Part shown: positions 26,760 through 39,192 of the stretch, one piece after another
How positions within the stretch are numbered: the stretch's first letter is position 1
Layout: every line of letters starts with the position of its first letter
Source of the DNA: the human T2T-CHM13v2.0 reference genome, Homo sapiens
Strand: one strand, 5' to 3'
Assembly: GCF_009914755.1 (NCBI RefSeq)
Contig: NC_060930.1
Length of the DNA stretch: 64,000 nucleotides
Notes under the pieces: generated by a model
Seen by the model: the letters and a program-made list of their open reading frames with translations, nothing else
Told to the model about the DNA's origin: nothing
The model's database searches: none
Program-made: the position numbers and the translations under genes

Positions 26760-29270
26760 AGGCATGAGAAAAAAATAAAACCAACACCAGTACATTGACT
26801 ACTCCATGTGTGTCCAGCTTCTATCCCTCTTCTTCCCATTTCAACCAAAGGTGATTACTATCTTAATATTTTATCTTTCTGTTGTTTTTCATTACACTTT
26901 ACATTCAGTATATTGAAGTATGTATCCCTAAACAATACATTGTTTAATTTTCCTGAACTTTACATACATAATATCACACTATATATATTCTGCTACAAGC
27001 TTGCTCTTTTCAATCAACATTATTTGTTCTTCAGATACACTCAAGTTAATATAGGCAGCTTTCATTCATTAATTTTCATAACTTTACACTGTTTCATTAA
27101 ATAATACCACATTTATTTGTTCTCCTTTTGATGGGTATTTGAGAGATTTCCAGAATTTTTTCTTTCCTATATTATTATATGTTACTATGAATAGTTTACA
27201 TATTTCTCTCCTGAAACACATTCTGCAAAAGTAATTCCAAGGTTAAATCTACATAGGAATGGAATTGAGTAGAGTATATATGAATCTCTAATTTTACTAG
27301 ATAATGCCATACTTTTCCCCAAGATGGTTTTACAAATTTAAGTCACTACTAACAGTGTATAAGTGTTCCAGTTTCAGCATAACGGAAATGCTATTTAAAA
27401 TTTTGCCAAACTGGTTAGTTCAAAACATCTCACTCTGGTTTATATTTGGTTTTAAACAAAATTGAGCATCTTTTCATATATTTATAGTATCTATTATATG
27501 GGTTGTTATTTCTTTGAAATGCTTTTGTCTTATCCTCTTTTATTGTATGCTTCTCTTCTGTTACTGACTTATGGACTTTGTTTTATAAGCTAGATACTAA
27601 TGTCCTGTTAATCTATGTATTGCAAATATTTTTCCCAGTTTAAAACTCTTCTTAGTTTCTTCATAGTGTTTTATTTTGGTAAGCAAAAGCTTTGACGTAG
27701 TCAAATTTGTTAATCTTTAATTTACAGTTTGTGCTTTTATGCTTTGCTTAAAAAATTCTTAACTACTCCAAAGTCATGAAGATATATTCAGGTATTTTTT
27801 CTTCCAGCGGTTTTAAATTTTTGCTGTTCACATTTAAATATTTAATACATCTGGCATTGATTTTTATGCATTGTGTGAAATTAAGACTCAGTTTTATTTA
27901 TGTCATATGGATAGCCATTAGTGCCAGCATCCTTTAATAAAAAGTTTATCCTTTTCCATTTATCTAAATGCTATGTCTATCATAAACCAAGTTTCCATCT
28001 GTAGAATTTGTAGGTCTGTTTCTGAGATGCCTCTTCTGCTCCAAGTCTTCTAACTTGGGACTCAAAGCATATTGTATTAATCGCCAGTTTTAAAATAAGC
28101 CTTCTTATCTAGTAGATTGTTTTCTATCTTGTTCTTTTCAGTTTTGTCCTGCCTATTTTTAACCTTTTGCTCTTCTGTGTAAATTTTAGAATCAACTTGC
28201 TCCATGTGAAAGCTAAAACAGCAAAATGTTTATATAAATTAAAAAATACATGAAAATATTTGCAGCCTTGGTCTGGTGAAGATTTCTTAGCTAGAATACC
28301 AAAACCTCAAATCGTAAAATTTCTCTGAAATTTTTTTACTAGAATAATATCAAATTTATGAGCCAATATGAATAGAAGTATTTTCTTTATTTTACTGAGC
28401 CTTTCTATCCATGAACACGGTATCTCTTACTGTCTTTAGGCATTCTTTTAATGTTTCCCAATAAAGATTTATAATTTTTTCACAGAGATCAAACACATCT
28501 AGTGTTAGATTTTATTTCTGTTTAATTTTTATTTTAAATTGTATTTTCTTGAGATAATTTCTTATATACTCAAATGCAATTAATTTTAGATAGTATCAAT
28601 TTGGAGGAGGGTTTGATGCAGAAAATTACAGTATCTGTGAGTAATGTGTTTTGCTTCTTCACTTCTTTCTTTCTGATCCTTATATCTCATTTTCATTTCT
28701 TTTCCAGTACAATGTTGAATACAAGTAGTGATAACAAATACCCTTATATTCTTCCTAACTTGAAAAAAAAAACGGTATTTCATTTAATTTAATATTTGCT
28801 ATAGCTTTTTCATAGCTAACTTCTACCTAGTTAAGACAATTCCCTGTTATTCCAGGCTTGCTAAATGTCTCCCCTGTCAACAATAAACTTGAATTTAATG
28901 AATGCTTTCTCTACCTCTGTTGAGGTGATTATATATCTTTTTCTTTCAATAAATATATTTTCTAATTTAAATCAATTTTATATTCCTTAGCTAAACTCAA
29001 GTTGGTCTTATCATTAGATTTGTATATAAAAAAGGATTTGGTTTGTCAAACTCTTGTCCAAGTTATTTCCATCAGGTGCATACTACTGGCCCCTTTTATA
29101 CTATCCTTGTGAAGTTTTAGTTTTAAGATTATGTTAACTACATTTTATGACTTGGTGGGAGGTGTTCCCTCTTTTAGTGTTCCTGAAAGAGATTGAGTAA
29201 GACATGAATTATCTATTTCTTGAATGCTTGGTGGAATTCCCCCAGTAAATCTGTTGGGACCAGATTTCTC
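26760..29270 (-). mobile_element. Old L1ME-like fragments
   Basis: T-rich antisense ORF2/3' UTR decay (ttttcccaagatggttttacaaattta; gtaaattttagaatcaacttg). Confidence 0.7.
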
Positions 29271-29658
29271 TTTGAGTCAGAGGCCTCAAGGTCATGAAAT
29301 TCATTCTTCATTTGGAAGTCTGTATTTATCTAAGCCAGACTCAAGCAGACAGTCAATTAATGACCACAGTTCTTTTAAAAATATTAGATGAGAAAAATTA
29401 AAAGACTAAGGATAGCTTTTCATGAAGGAGTCAATTAATTACACTCCAAGTATTATTTAATACTATAATATCATTAGTTAATTTGAAGTCTTAGAAAATG
29501 CTAAAAACATCTCTGATGTCACTTTTATGATACTTGATACTCAAGATTTTTAGAACTTTTCTTTCTAAATGGAAATGGTTTTTACCTTTTTCTTCTAAAA
29601 TCAAGTTTATTTCTTTCTCTCCATAAATGAACTTTAATAATAATAAAAGTTTTCTTAC

Positions 29659-29718
29659 CCAAGTCATCTCAGCTCTATCTTTCGTGTTGTAGCGACACTC
29701 AGTAATTAGGTTATCTCC
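29659..29718 (-). CDS. MOXD1: MOXD1 coding exon 9 (60 nt, phase 0-0): GDNLITECRYNTKDRAEMTW
   Basis: Lies inside ORF 29491-29727; GDxLxTxCxYxT family motif. Acceptor ct at 29719-29720, donor GTAAG (ac at 29657-29658). Confidence 0.96.
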
Positions 29719-30013
29719 CTGAAACATAAAAGCAAAAGCTTTCAGATTGAAGTTTTATGCTGGCTTATTTATCAAATACATTTGTACGTCAACAGTTAAT
29801 ATTTGCTGTATGAATGGATGCGCCAAGTAATTTCATTCAGCAGAAGACCCCTGATCTGTTTAATTCTAGGTTTGCTGATATAACAAGCAAGCAAATAAAT
29901 AGGACTCTCTGTGTTTCCACCAGACTCCACAACATTCTAGCTGGATGAACTACATATAACCCAGGCACAATTTGTTCATTTAAAACCTAAAGATAAAAAT
30001 TGTTCTTATTTTT

Positions 30014-30304
30014 GGCCCTGGCACGGTGGCTCACGCCTGTAATCCCAGCACTTTGGGAGGGCAAGGCAGGTGGATCACGAGGTCAGGAGTTCAAGACCAG
30101 CCTGGCCAAGATGGTGAAACCGCGTCTCTACTAAAAATACAAAAATTAGCCAGGCGTGGTTGCGGGCACCTTTAATTCCAGCTTCTCAGGAAGCTGAGGC
30201 AGAGAATTGCTTGAACCCAGGAGGTGGAGGTTGCAGTGAGCCGAGATCGCACCACTGTACTCCAGCCGGGGTGACAGAGTGAGACTCCATCTCAAAAAAA
30301 AAAA
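30014..30304 (+). mobile_element. AluS (Sg-like) in intron 8
   Basis: Full dimer; ggatcacgaggtcaggagttc; cttattttt on both flanks. Confidence 0.96.
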
Positions 30305-31708
30305 GTCCTTATTTTTTTCACAGCTGTTACGAGGAGATTAAATGACATAACACATAGGCATTAGCAACAAATGAACATTTAATAAACCTCAGACATAGAT
30401 AGTAGTTATTGTGATCACCTCTTCATTTACATTATTTTCTTTAAAGGTCTCTAGTCATGCCTTTATTTCCTTACAATAGAATCGTGAGGCAAATTAATAG
30501 AAGTTTATTGTTCTAGTGTTTTCCATCCTTTTGTACATTACAATACATATGGAAAATGATAACATTTTTATGTTTCCCCTTTAAGGTAAGCAGATGAAGC
30601 TATTCATAGACCTGAGGCCGTAATCTCTGGGCTTTTGCTCTTAAATTTGACCTCCCTGCACGCCACTCAGAGGGCCCAGAGAACAGTATCTCATCGCACT
30701 TATGCCATAATCATGGTGCGTCAGTTAGGAAACTCTGAGATAACACTGTTTGGAAAACCCCAGAGACATCATAATAAAATAGAGTGTAGTCCTTAAGAAC
30801 CTTGACAAGATCACCATTTCTCAAACTTCTTTCTACTCTCCGGATGTATCAAAGAATTTCTAAGATCCAAAGCTATGGATTTAAGGGATAGCTATTAGTA
30901 AAAAGAAGATCCCTTTCCTCTTTATCACTTTCTTCTGTTTTTTCAGCTTTCCTTTTACATCCTATTGTGCCATGTCTTCTCCCTGACAGTTCATCCCATC
31001 TAAAAACCCTGTCTCCAGCATCACGTAGAAAAGATATTGCCATTACTCTCATTTCGTAAATGGTATAGGGATCTGACTTTTAAAAGTAAAATAAGGGTAG
31101 AAAATTATACTACAAGTGAGCTTGATGGTCATGGAATAAAAATTTGAGAAAACAAAGCATTATAACCTTTTTAAAGCCTTCATTCTCTTCTCTCCTTCAC
31201 CATAACCCCAAGTATTATGTCAAGCTGGATCACACAGCATAGTTTAATTAGCTATATTCACATAGCTTTATCAGATAAAAGAATTATCCTTACATTCCTT
31301 TTTACTAAAATGAAACTTCTAAAAATATCCTATCTCTTCAACATAGCATAAAGACACCTCTATTTTACCACTGCAGGAATTGCAACCCAAAGAATCACTA
31401 ACTGGAATGTCAAGTATAAAAAAAGAGTAATGTTTAGTCCTCAGAACCTGAGATTTTTGTTTGGGGTTGTTTTTATTTTTCAGTCAACAACTTGAATTGC
31501 TCCTGGGAATTATAAGAAAAATGAGTTTCAATTTTGGAAAACAGATCAAACACATTCCATCTGGGTTGTACAACACCCACAGTGGGTGGTGTTAAGAATA
31601 CAGATGCAAGGAAAAATTCATTTCACTAGTAGAAACCTTGCCACATCTCAGCAGATATGTCTCATGACTTTCATAACAGTCAATGAAAAAGAACAAAAAC
31701 ATGCATAC

Positions 31709-31900
31709 TGGTAAGATTGTTTGTTCTTCCTTTAGATACTGAAACTCCTGGAAATTGAAGTCAAAATCATCATCATAGGCAAGTAATTTCATTTCCTTCC
31801 CTTTTCGAAAATGACGCAGCCTGATGCCTCTGCCAGCCAGGTGAGCATGGAGAAGAACAGCAAACACATGAATTCCACTTGGCTTTTCGGCTTCCAGAGC
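31709..31900 (-). CDS. MOXD1: MOXD1 coding exon 8 (192 nt, phase 0-0): ALEAEKPSGIHVFAVLLHAHLAGRG...EQTILP; HAH CuM ligands
   Basis: Overlaps ORF 31592-31867. Acceptor ct at 31901-31902, donor ac at 31707-31708. Confidence 0.97.
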
Positions 31901-32960
31901 CTACAGGAGACACCGAGGAAGACCCGATTAGCCCACATTAATGCATGTTCAGACAGTTTACATTCAAACACACTTGGAGGGACAACTGAGATAAAAAGCT
32001 AAAGCAATTTAAATGAATGCTTGAACTGAAAAAGAGTTTGAATTCGGATTGTTCAGTGTTCTCCTTGTGAAGCAACATTTGCCGGGAGAAAAGTAGGGGA
32101 GCTGATGCTTATAAGGGGCCTCCCAGACCATTTCTACATGTTATCCTCCTTTTTCCTTCTTTTAGGAGGATAAGAGGCAATAAACATTCTTAGCAAAAAG
32201 ATTCCAGTATGTTAGTAACCTGAAAACCCAAATTCTTAAAAGGAAATATTATTCCCACTTTTCCAGATAAGAAAGCGAAAGTGGGTCAATGGAATTAAAT
32301 GAATCGCCCATGGTCCTACAGCTTGTAAATGAGGTCATGGCAATTTGAATTATGAACTATGGCCTAAATAACTCAGAAGAGCATAATCTTTCCACTTCAC
32401 CAGTCTGCCATACTGTCCTCAACCACAATATCATATAATTCATAAAGAGTATGATCCATGTTGAAATATTTTCATTAAAAAACTTGAAGTGAAAATTGTC
32501 ATTACTAAATATACTTTTCTTCTATCCTATATATTTTTTTATATTAGTTATTTTTGCTCTGTGGTGAAGAAAGGGAAGGAAACTATAAGGCAGAGAAAAA
32601 TGAAAATAAATGATGGAAAAATCAATATGGATAAAAGGTAAACTAGAGAAAAGAAAAAGACTACACAAACAAAGGTTGAAATTGTAAAAGATGATATACA
32701 GCATGCAACATGCAACAAACAAAAAAGGTAGGAGTAAGAAGAAAAACACCCTGCCAACTACTTCTGTCTTTAGAGTTCTACTCCTGTAGCTTCAAGATTT
32801 AAAAAAGCAGTCAAAAGTCCTACTAAAATTGCGATAAGGGTTTCACAGTGTGTCAACAAGAAAGGAATCGATAATAAACATGTGCGGAATTTTTCACACC
32901 ACAGTTTCTAAGAGCATTGATGAATCTGCAGAGAGCAGCTCAGACTCAGATGCTGCATAC

Positions 32961-33127
32961 CTCTTCCAGGCACTCCAAAGTGCAGTGACCCTCAGACTGG
33001 AACTCAGGCATCCCTGGAGGGATGGTATGGAAGAGGCTCACCCAGAGGCCAGCCTCAATCACCCCAGCATCATATTTCCTTATATCCATTGTGTAAAATA
33101 ACCTCAGTCCAGAATTATCTATTAAGC
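32961..33127 (-). CDS. MOXD1: MOXD1 coding exon 7 (167 nt): (G)LIDNSGLRLFYTMDIRKYDAGVIEAGLWVSLFHTIPPGMPEFQSEGHCTLECLEE
   Basis: Translated by hand; DxSG and IPPG are DBH-family motifs. Acceptor ct at 33128-33129, donor GTATGC (ac at 32959-32960). Phase completes exon 6. Confidence 0.96.
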
Positions 33128-33981
33128 CTAGAACAAAAGCACATAATTAAAGTGATTTTTGGTTCTTAAAATGTTTTCATTCCCAAGAAAATTCTTGGTT
33201 TGAATTTTTTAAAGTTTTCATATTCTGTTGAAATAGGTTTATTTATTTTCCATAAACTGTCATGAGGGAAAGGGATTCAAGCAGAGATTAGTGGCAGACA
33301 ACATTCAGTTTCACAAACAAGAGTTAAAAGATGAGTAGCCATATTGCCTGCAACCTTTGTGGACTCACACAGCATACTACAAGAGAAATGTTTCCGTTAT
33401 CTGGCTGTTATATTCCACAATTATCTAACATGAAGACAGAATGAAGATTCTAAAGTCATTCATTAGAATATAGAATAAATAACTTAATAAAACTTTTATT
33501 TTATATTGTTTCGAGATGAAGTTCAATAACATTTACTTTGAGGTAAAACCTCCTTAGTTTAGAAACCATCTGCTGAAGAAAAAAACTACTAAAGATTCAC
33601 TTTATTTCTTTAAAGTTTGTCACCATTTTCTTCTTCATTCAACAGCCATTCAATCAACACACAGTCATTAAGAATCCATTATGTAAATGGCACTCCATTA
33701 GGCATTGTGGGGATGAGAGATGAATAAGACACACTTGTCGTTATGAAATATTCATTACAGGGAGGGAGAGTATGAGCCCCAAACATTTCATAAATTCATT
33801 TCATTAACTTGGAAATTAATTGACTTCCTTCTGCAGTAACTAACAGATTGATTCCTTCCCCTCAGTTTCCTTTCTTGTCTCATTTAAATCAATCAGCTTA
33901 ATCTATTTCTAGTCAATCATTTTTAAACACAAGGTCTCTATATCAAATATTCCTCATTGCATGTTATATACCCTTCACTCA

Positions 33982-33984
<3 letters not shown>

Positions 33985-34019
<35 letters not shown>
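33985..34019. repeat. (CA)n microsatellite
   Basis: Seen directly. Confidence 0.93.
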
Positions 34020-34022
<3 letters not shown>

Positions 34023-34350
34023 TTAGAAGATATCCATTACTTTTAATTTTTTTCAGATGTAATAAGTTGTTAAAATTAAGTATTTCAATAATTATCCCAG
34101 GAAATTCTTACCTCTCAACCTCCCTAACAGCCTTGGAAAAAAATCCAAGCTTTACTTTCCTGCTTCATGAGTTTGTAATTGTGAACATAAAATATTTGCT
34201 ATGTGTTTGTTGACTCCAGCTTCTTCAGATATTCAGGGTCATCACAAGGAAGCACTGTGATGTGACAATTAAGGACACTGACTCTGGAGCTGACCAACCT
34301 GGATGCAAATCCCAGCTCTGCTGCATATGAGTTATGTCACCTGGGGCAAA

Positions 34351-34712
34351 TGCTATGGTTAAATGTCTATCTCCTCCAAAAAGTAGGTTTGAATGTTGTT
34401 GAAAATTAATGGCCATTGTGATGATATTGAATGGTGAGAGCTTTAAGAGGTGTCTAGGTCATGAGGGCTTGGCCCCTGTGAATCGATTAATGCCATTATT
34501 TCAGAAGTGGCTTTGTTCTCTCTTGCTGTCTTTACCCTTCCACCATGTGAAGCCTACTGCCATGTTATGACCCGTAAGAAGGCCCTCATCAGATGCCAGT
34601 ACCTTGTACTTGTACTTCTCAGCATCCAGAACTGTGAGGAATAAATTTCTGTTCATTATAAATTACCCAGTCTGTGGTATTCTCTTATAGCAGCACAGAA
34701 CAGATGAAGACA
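34351..34712 (+). mobile_element. MaLR LTR (MST-like) inserted into a MIR (~34250-34860)
   Basis: tgctatggtt...aaattacccagtctgtggtattc...aagaca. MIR halves: caaatcccagctctg..ctggggcaa | aagttacctaatctgtgcttcagtttt. Confidence 0.85.
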
Positions 34713-35929
34713 TAAAGTTACCTAATCTGTGCTTCAGTTTTCCAGTATGGAAAATGGCCATAATAGTAGCACTACTACCTCATAAGTGTGATGTGTGGCT
34801 TAAACACCAAGTTCTAAGAACAGTGTTTGGCACAAATGAGGTGCTCAATAAATGGCAGCTAGTCACACGTACAGTGGTCACACATCTACCAGGGTTTCAA
34901 TCAATTGTTAAACAAATAAATCATAAAAATCAATTCTCCTTTTGTGTTATTATCAGTGCAGATACAAATAAGCATGATAATGTAGAATATCTATACTGAC
35001 CTTAGAATTTTCTCTGGACATATCTTGCAAAATTTTGTTTTGTATTTTATATTTTTGGCATCTACTTCCTTATAAGTTTGACAGGGAAAAAATATAAGTA
35101 GAAATTCCAGTTGCATTTTGTATAGTTAGGTTCATTAGTTGCATTAGCTGTTTGGAGCATTAATAGATAATCTAGTAAATAAAGTAATAATTTCTTAAGC
35201 ACATATAAAATGATTATTAAAAAACTTTTCTGGAAACAAATTCGTATTATGTTATATTTATAAAAATAAAATTACTATAATCTAAAATTTGGTCTAATTA
35301 TGTACATGAATAAAAATAGAAAGTACTAAAAATCCTGAGTTCTCTATTAACCTGTTAGGAAAATAAGCTTATGTTTCATTTTTACATTGAAACTATGAGA
35401 AAGTCAACTTAATTGACAACAGAGAAGGCAAATAAATTAAGCCTTCTACTTTTGTAATAAAGACTAAAAGGAAGAAGTAGTTCACATAGAATTTCCAATT
35501 GGAGAAGTATTATACATTGTATAGAATATTTATTCTATTAATAATTTAAAATCAAAAATGTAAAAAATTTTTAAAAGTTGCAATATAAGACATATTCAAT
35601 AATTAATCCCATTGTTATTGTGATGACAATTTTTATGTTTTATAGTCACATATGATTTCACGGAAAATCTAACTTTTAGAATTTATTAATAGGTTATTTT
35701 GCTTGGTTTATGAAAGTTTTAAACTTTTAACATAGATTCATGGTTCAGAGTATGGGATATAATTGGTGGGTGGAAATTAAAGTGAATTCAGAGAGAAACT
35801 ATTTCCTATTAATTACTTTAGGGTAAAAAAAGATACTTTATTGGCTTGCTCACAAATAGAATAGCTTGACACCTACTTTTATAGAAACATCACTCTTTAA
35901 ATATCATACCACGTGTCCTCTCTTCAAAA

Positions 35930-36450
35930 TCTATTATTCATGCTGCTGCAGCCAGAGTGGTCTTTTCAAAATACAGATCTCAATATTTGACTCCACTGTA
36001 TCAAACTCTTCAATTGCTTCTCATTGTCTTCAGGGTAAAAATCCTTAATGGGTCCTACAAGATCTTAGATGGTCTGCTTCAGCCTTCCTCTGCAGGTTCA
36101 TCAGCATCTTTCTTCACTGCACCCTAACCCTTCAGCATCTCCAGTCACCCAGATGAACAGTTTGATTCTTTAATGAAGACTTTTTAGCCCATCCCCACCA
36201 ATACACACTCCTGGCTGGATTAGGTCACCAATTAAATACTCTCATAGTGTTAGGTATCTTCTTTGGACCAATTGGCATACATATAATTTCATATGATTGC
36301 TATGAAAAATTGATTGTTTCTTTTTCACATTGGGCTATAATTTCTGTAAGGGTGAGAACAGCATCTGTTTTTCACTCACTCTATATCCTCAAGCACAGAT
36401 CTGGCACATAGTTGGAGCTCAGTATTTGCTGAAAAATTGCATGAGTCAAT
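35930..36450 (+). mobile_element. L2 3' fragment
   Basis: gcagccagagtggtcttttcaaaa...ctggcacatagttggagctcagtatttgctgaa. Confidence 0.7.
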
Positions 36451-37044
36451 ATAAAATAATAACTTGGAGTTACTTCTGTTGATAATTTCGTGTTAAATCT
36501 ATCAATGTTAGGATTTGGAATATCATACAAATGATTTCAGAAACAAAATGTACATCCTTACATTTCTTTACTTCAATATCATATTACACGGTGTCACTGC
36601 ATAAGTACTTTTTGAGTACATCTATGGTTTGCTTACCACACAACAAAATGCTTACACTTTTTAGTATAATAAATGGTAACTTTTTCTTACGTGCAGTTAG
36701 AAAGAAAATGTTCCATAAACACCATGTATTGGGACTAATCTACATCACAAAGGAAAAGTCTATTATTCTACTTCCTGGTAGGTAGCATGCAAGTGTTTTT
36801 TTTGTAAGATTAGTGACTGCGTGTGCTCATTTACCTGGTTTGGTGCTGGTTAATGCCTGCTGTTACAGTATAATTATAAATAGTACCCACTTTCACTTTA
36901 AAAAGTATCCTAATTTGAATGACAAATATATAGGTTAATTCCTTCTAACACTGGCTGCTATTTTGTTTCAACTCTGTTAAAGACTTACAAGGTACAAAAC
37001 TTTTTATAAAAATCATAGGTAAAACATATGAATAATAAACTCAC

Positions 37045-37147
37045 CTTCCTCATAAGTGGGATTATCATAATGGACTTCTAGGAGCACATAATGCGGATCT
37101 AATGGAGTGCCAAGGGATAATCCAACATGAGGTGGATAAGAAAAGCC
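37045..37147 (-). CDS. MOXD1: MOXD1 coding exon 6 (103 nt): GFSYPPHVGLSLGTPLDPHYVLLEVHYDNPTYEE(G); third CuH His in EVHY
   Basis: Translated by hand; not in the ORF track. Acceptor ct at 37148-37149, donor GTGAG (ac at 37043-37044). In frame with exons 5 and 7. Confidence 0.96.
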
Positions 37148-37446
37148 CTAAATATGGAAAATGCCATGAGACAATGTCCTATGAAAGTCCCTGAGAGCTC
37201 TATTCCACTCAAAAACCAGCCATCTTCAAGGATATTTCAACCCTCTGGAACCCCATTCATCTACAATTGATGAAATAAAATAAAAATGACTTAAAGAAAG
37301 AATCCCTTCCTACGAAAATGGAGTTAAGCCACCTTCATATCAAAAGTAGCGTTAAAGCTTTACTTCTAAGTATTAATTAGAATCATATTTGTGGCGGGAA
37401 ATATGATCAGTTAATTGTGTTACATCTCAGTAATCATTAGCCCCAC

Positions 37447-37626
37447 CTCTCCACCAATAGCCCAGGCAAAAATCACAGTTTCACAGGTGAGGAATGCATC
37501 GGGCATGTTGGGGTGATAGCACTCGTGGCCGGACTCCAGAACGCTGTCGTTAAAGTTGTTGCTGCACTGATAGAGCAGGATGTGGTGCACCAGACTCTCA
37601 TGGCCTCTCTGTATCACTGGCTCAAC
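37447..37626 (-). CDS. MOXD1: MOXD1 coding exon 5 (180 nt, phase 0-0): VEPVIQRGHESLVHHILLYQC...FAWAIGGE; carries the His-His CuH ligands
   Basis: Translation matches the DBH-like monooxygenase N domain (ORF 37420-37617). Acceptor AG is plus-strand ct at 37627-37628; donor GT is ac at 37445-37446. Confidence 0.97.
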
Positions 37627-37990
37627 CTACACGAACATAAATGAGAGGGAGGACACAATAAATAAGACCACCCTACAACATCCCACAACAAACGTGAAAC
37701 TAGCATAAATTACTGTCAGTTTCTCAAAGGGATATTCTTCTCAATTATGTCAAGGTTGTGTAGTTCAAGTCTAATTTGTTCTGGAGACAGTGACAATGGT
37801 AAAGATATGATGATGACAACGGCAACAACAAAGATGAGATAACCATTTAATCCAAGAAACAGGACTTTACTAATCGGCTTTTTTTTTGGTTGTTAATTCA
37901 CTGTCCTGTCCTTTGCCCATTCTGCAGAGCAATTGTTTTGAAAATTGCTTGCTTTTTTCCAGGTTTGCTCTTCCTCCTCCTGCCTCTCAC

Positions 37991-38487
37991 TTTTTTTTAA
38001 ATTTTTATTATTATACTTTAAGTTCTAGGGTACATGTGCACAACGTGGAGGTTTGTTACATATGTATACATGTGCCATGTTGGTTTGCTGCACCCATTAA
38101 CTCGTCATTTACATGAGGTATATCTCCTAATGCTATCCCTCCCCACTCTCCCCACCCCACGACAGGCCCTGGTGTGTGATGTTCTCCACCCTGTGTCCAA
38201 GTGTTCTCATTGTTCAATTCCCACCTATGAGTGAGAACATGCGGTGTTTGGTTTTCTGTCCTTGGCGATAGTTTGCTGAGAATGTTGGTTTCCAGCTTCA
38301 TCCATGTCCCTACAAAGGACACGAACACGAACTCATCCGTTTTTATGGCTGCATAGTATTCCATGGTGTATATGTGCCACATTTTCTTAATCCAGTCTAT
38401 CACTGATGGACATTTGGGTTTGTTCCAAGTCTTTGCTATTGTGAACAGTGCCGGAATAAACATACATGTGCATGTGTCTTTATAGCA
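37991..38487 (-). mobile_element. 5'-truncated L1PA 3' end, sense to MOXD1
   Basis: ttattatactttaagttctagggtacatgtgcacaac...catgtgtctttatagc; ORF 38056-38499 includes the L1 tail peptide. Confidence 0.95.
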
Positions 38488-38689
38488 TTTTTTTTTCACA
38501 TAGAAAAAAAGAAGTCAAGGCTGTGGGCACAAACGCTCTTAGTCTCCCTCTCTTCCACCTCAAAATGTTATCTTTACCCATCCCTACCAGTGGTGAGAGG
38601 TGAGATCTCATTTATCTCTATAAATGCATGGTGCTGAGAAGAAGGCTAGGGCTCAATCATTTTTACTGGTGATTTTATCATCAATGAAA

Positions 38690-38809
38690 TTCAAGAAGAA
38701 TTAAATTGTAATCTGACCTCCAGATTACAAATTGAGGGTATAGCCTAAAATATGAGGATTTCCTAAGAAAAAAAATCCACCCATGAAACAACAAGGAAAC
38801 TTACTGCAA
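38690..38809 (+). repeat. Copy 1 of a 120-bp dispersed direct duplication
   Basis: Ungapped alignment to 41209-41328 with 13 mismatches by hand count. Confidence 0.95.
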
Positions 38810-39192
38810 GTTTCCTTGCACATTTTATTTTTATTTTAATGATTAAGATCAAAAGCCAATAACAATTTTATTATTAGAATTTGGAAGAGAAAAAAAACAT
38901 TGTTAGCTATGTGCGCTTGTGACACTGCTCAAATTAAAAGAGGAAAACTAGAAACAAGTAGAATGGGCAGTGAAATTGGTCCTAATGTGGAAAGCGTGAT
39001 CCACATGAATGTGGTCCTTCCACTGTTTGCTCTGTTAGTTCCCTTCATAACACTTGCCCACTTTAGTCCAAGAACCTAGGAATCAACTCAGAATGAGTGA
39101 AGCACACCCTAGCATCCCAGAGATTCTATATGCAGACCAAATGGAGCCTTGTACTTGGTGTAGGTGGGCTGTAGGTGTTGCATCAGTTAGAG

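Noticed and set aside
31592-31708. Read-through past the exon 8 donor giving an alternative hydrophobic C-terminus
   Set aside because: Simple intronic run-on of the ORF; no evidence of use, and it would lose the CuM Met.
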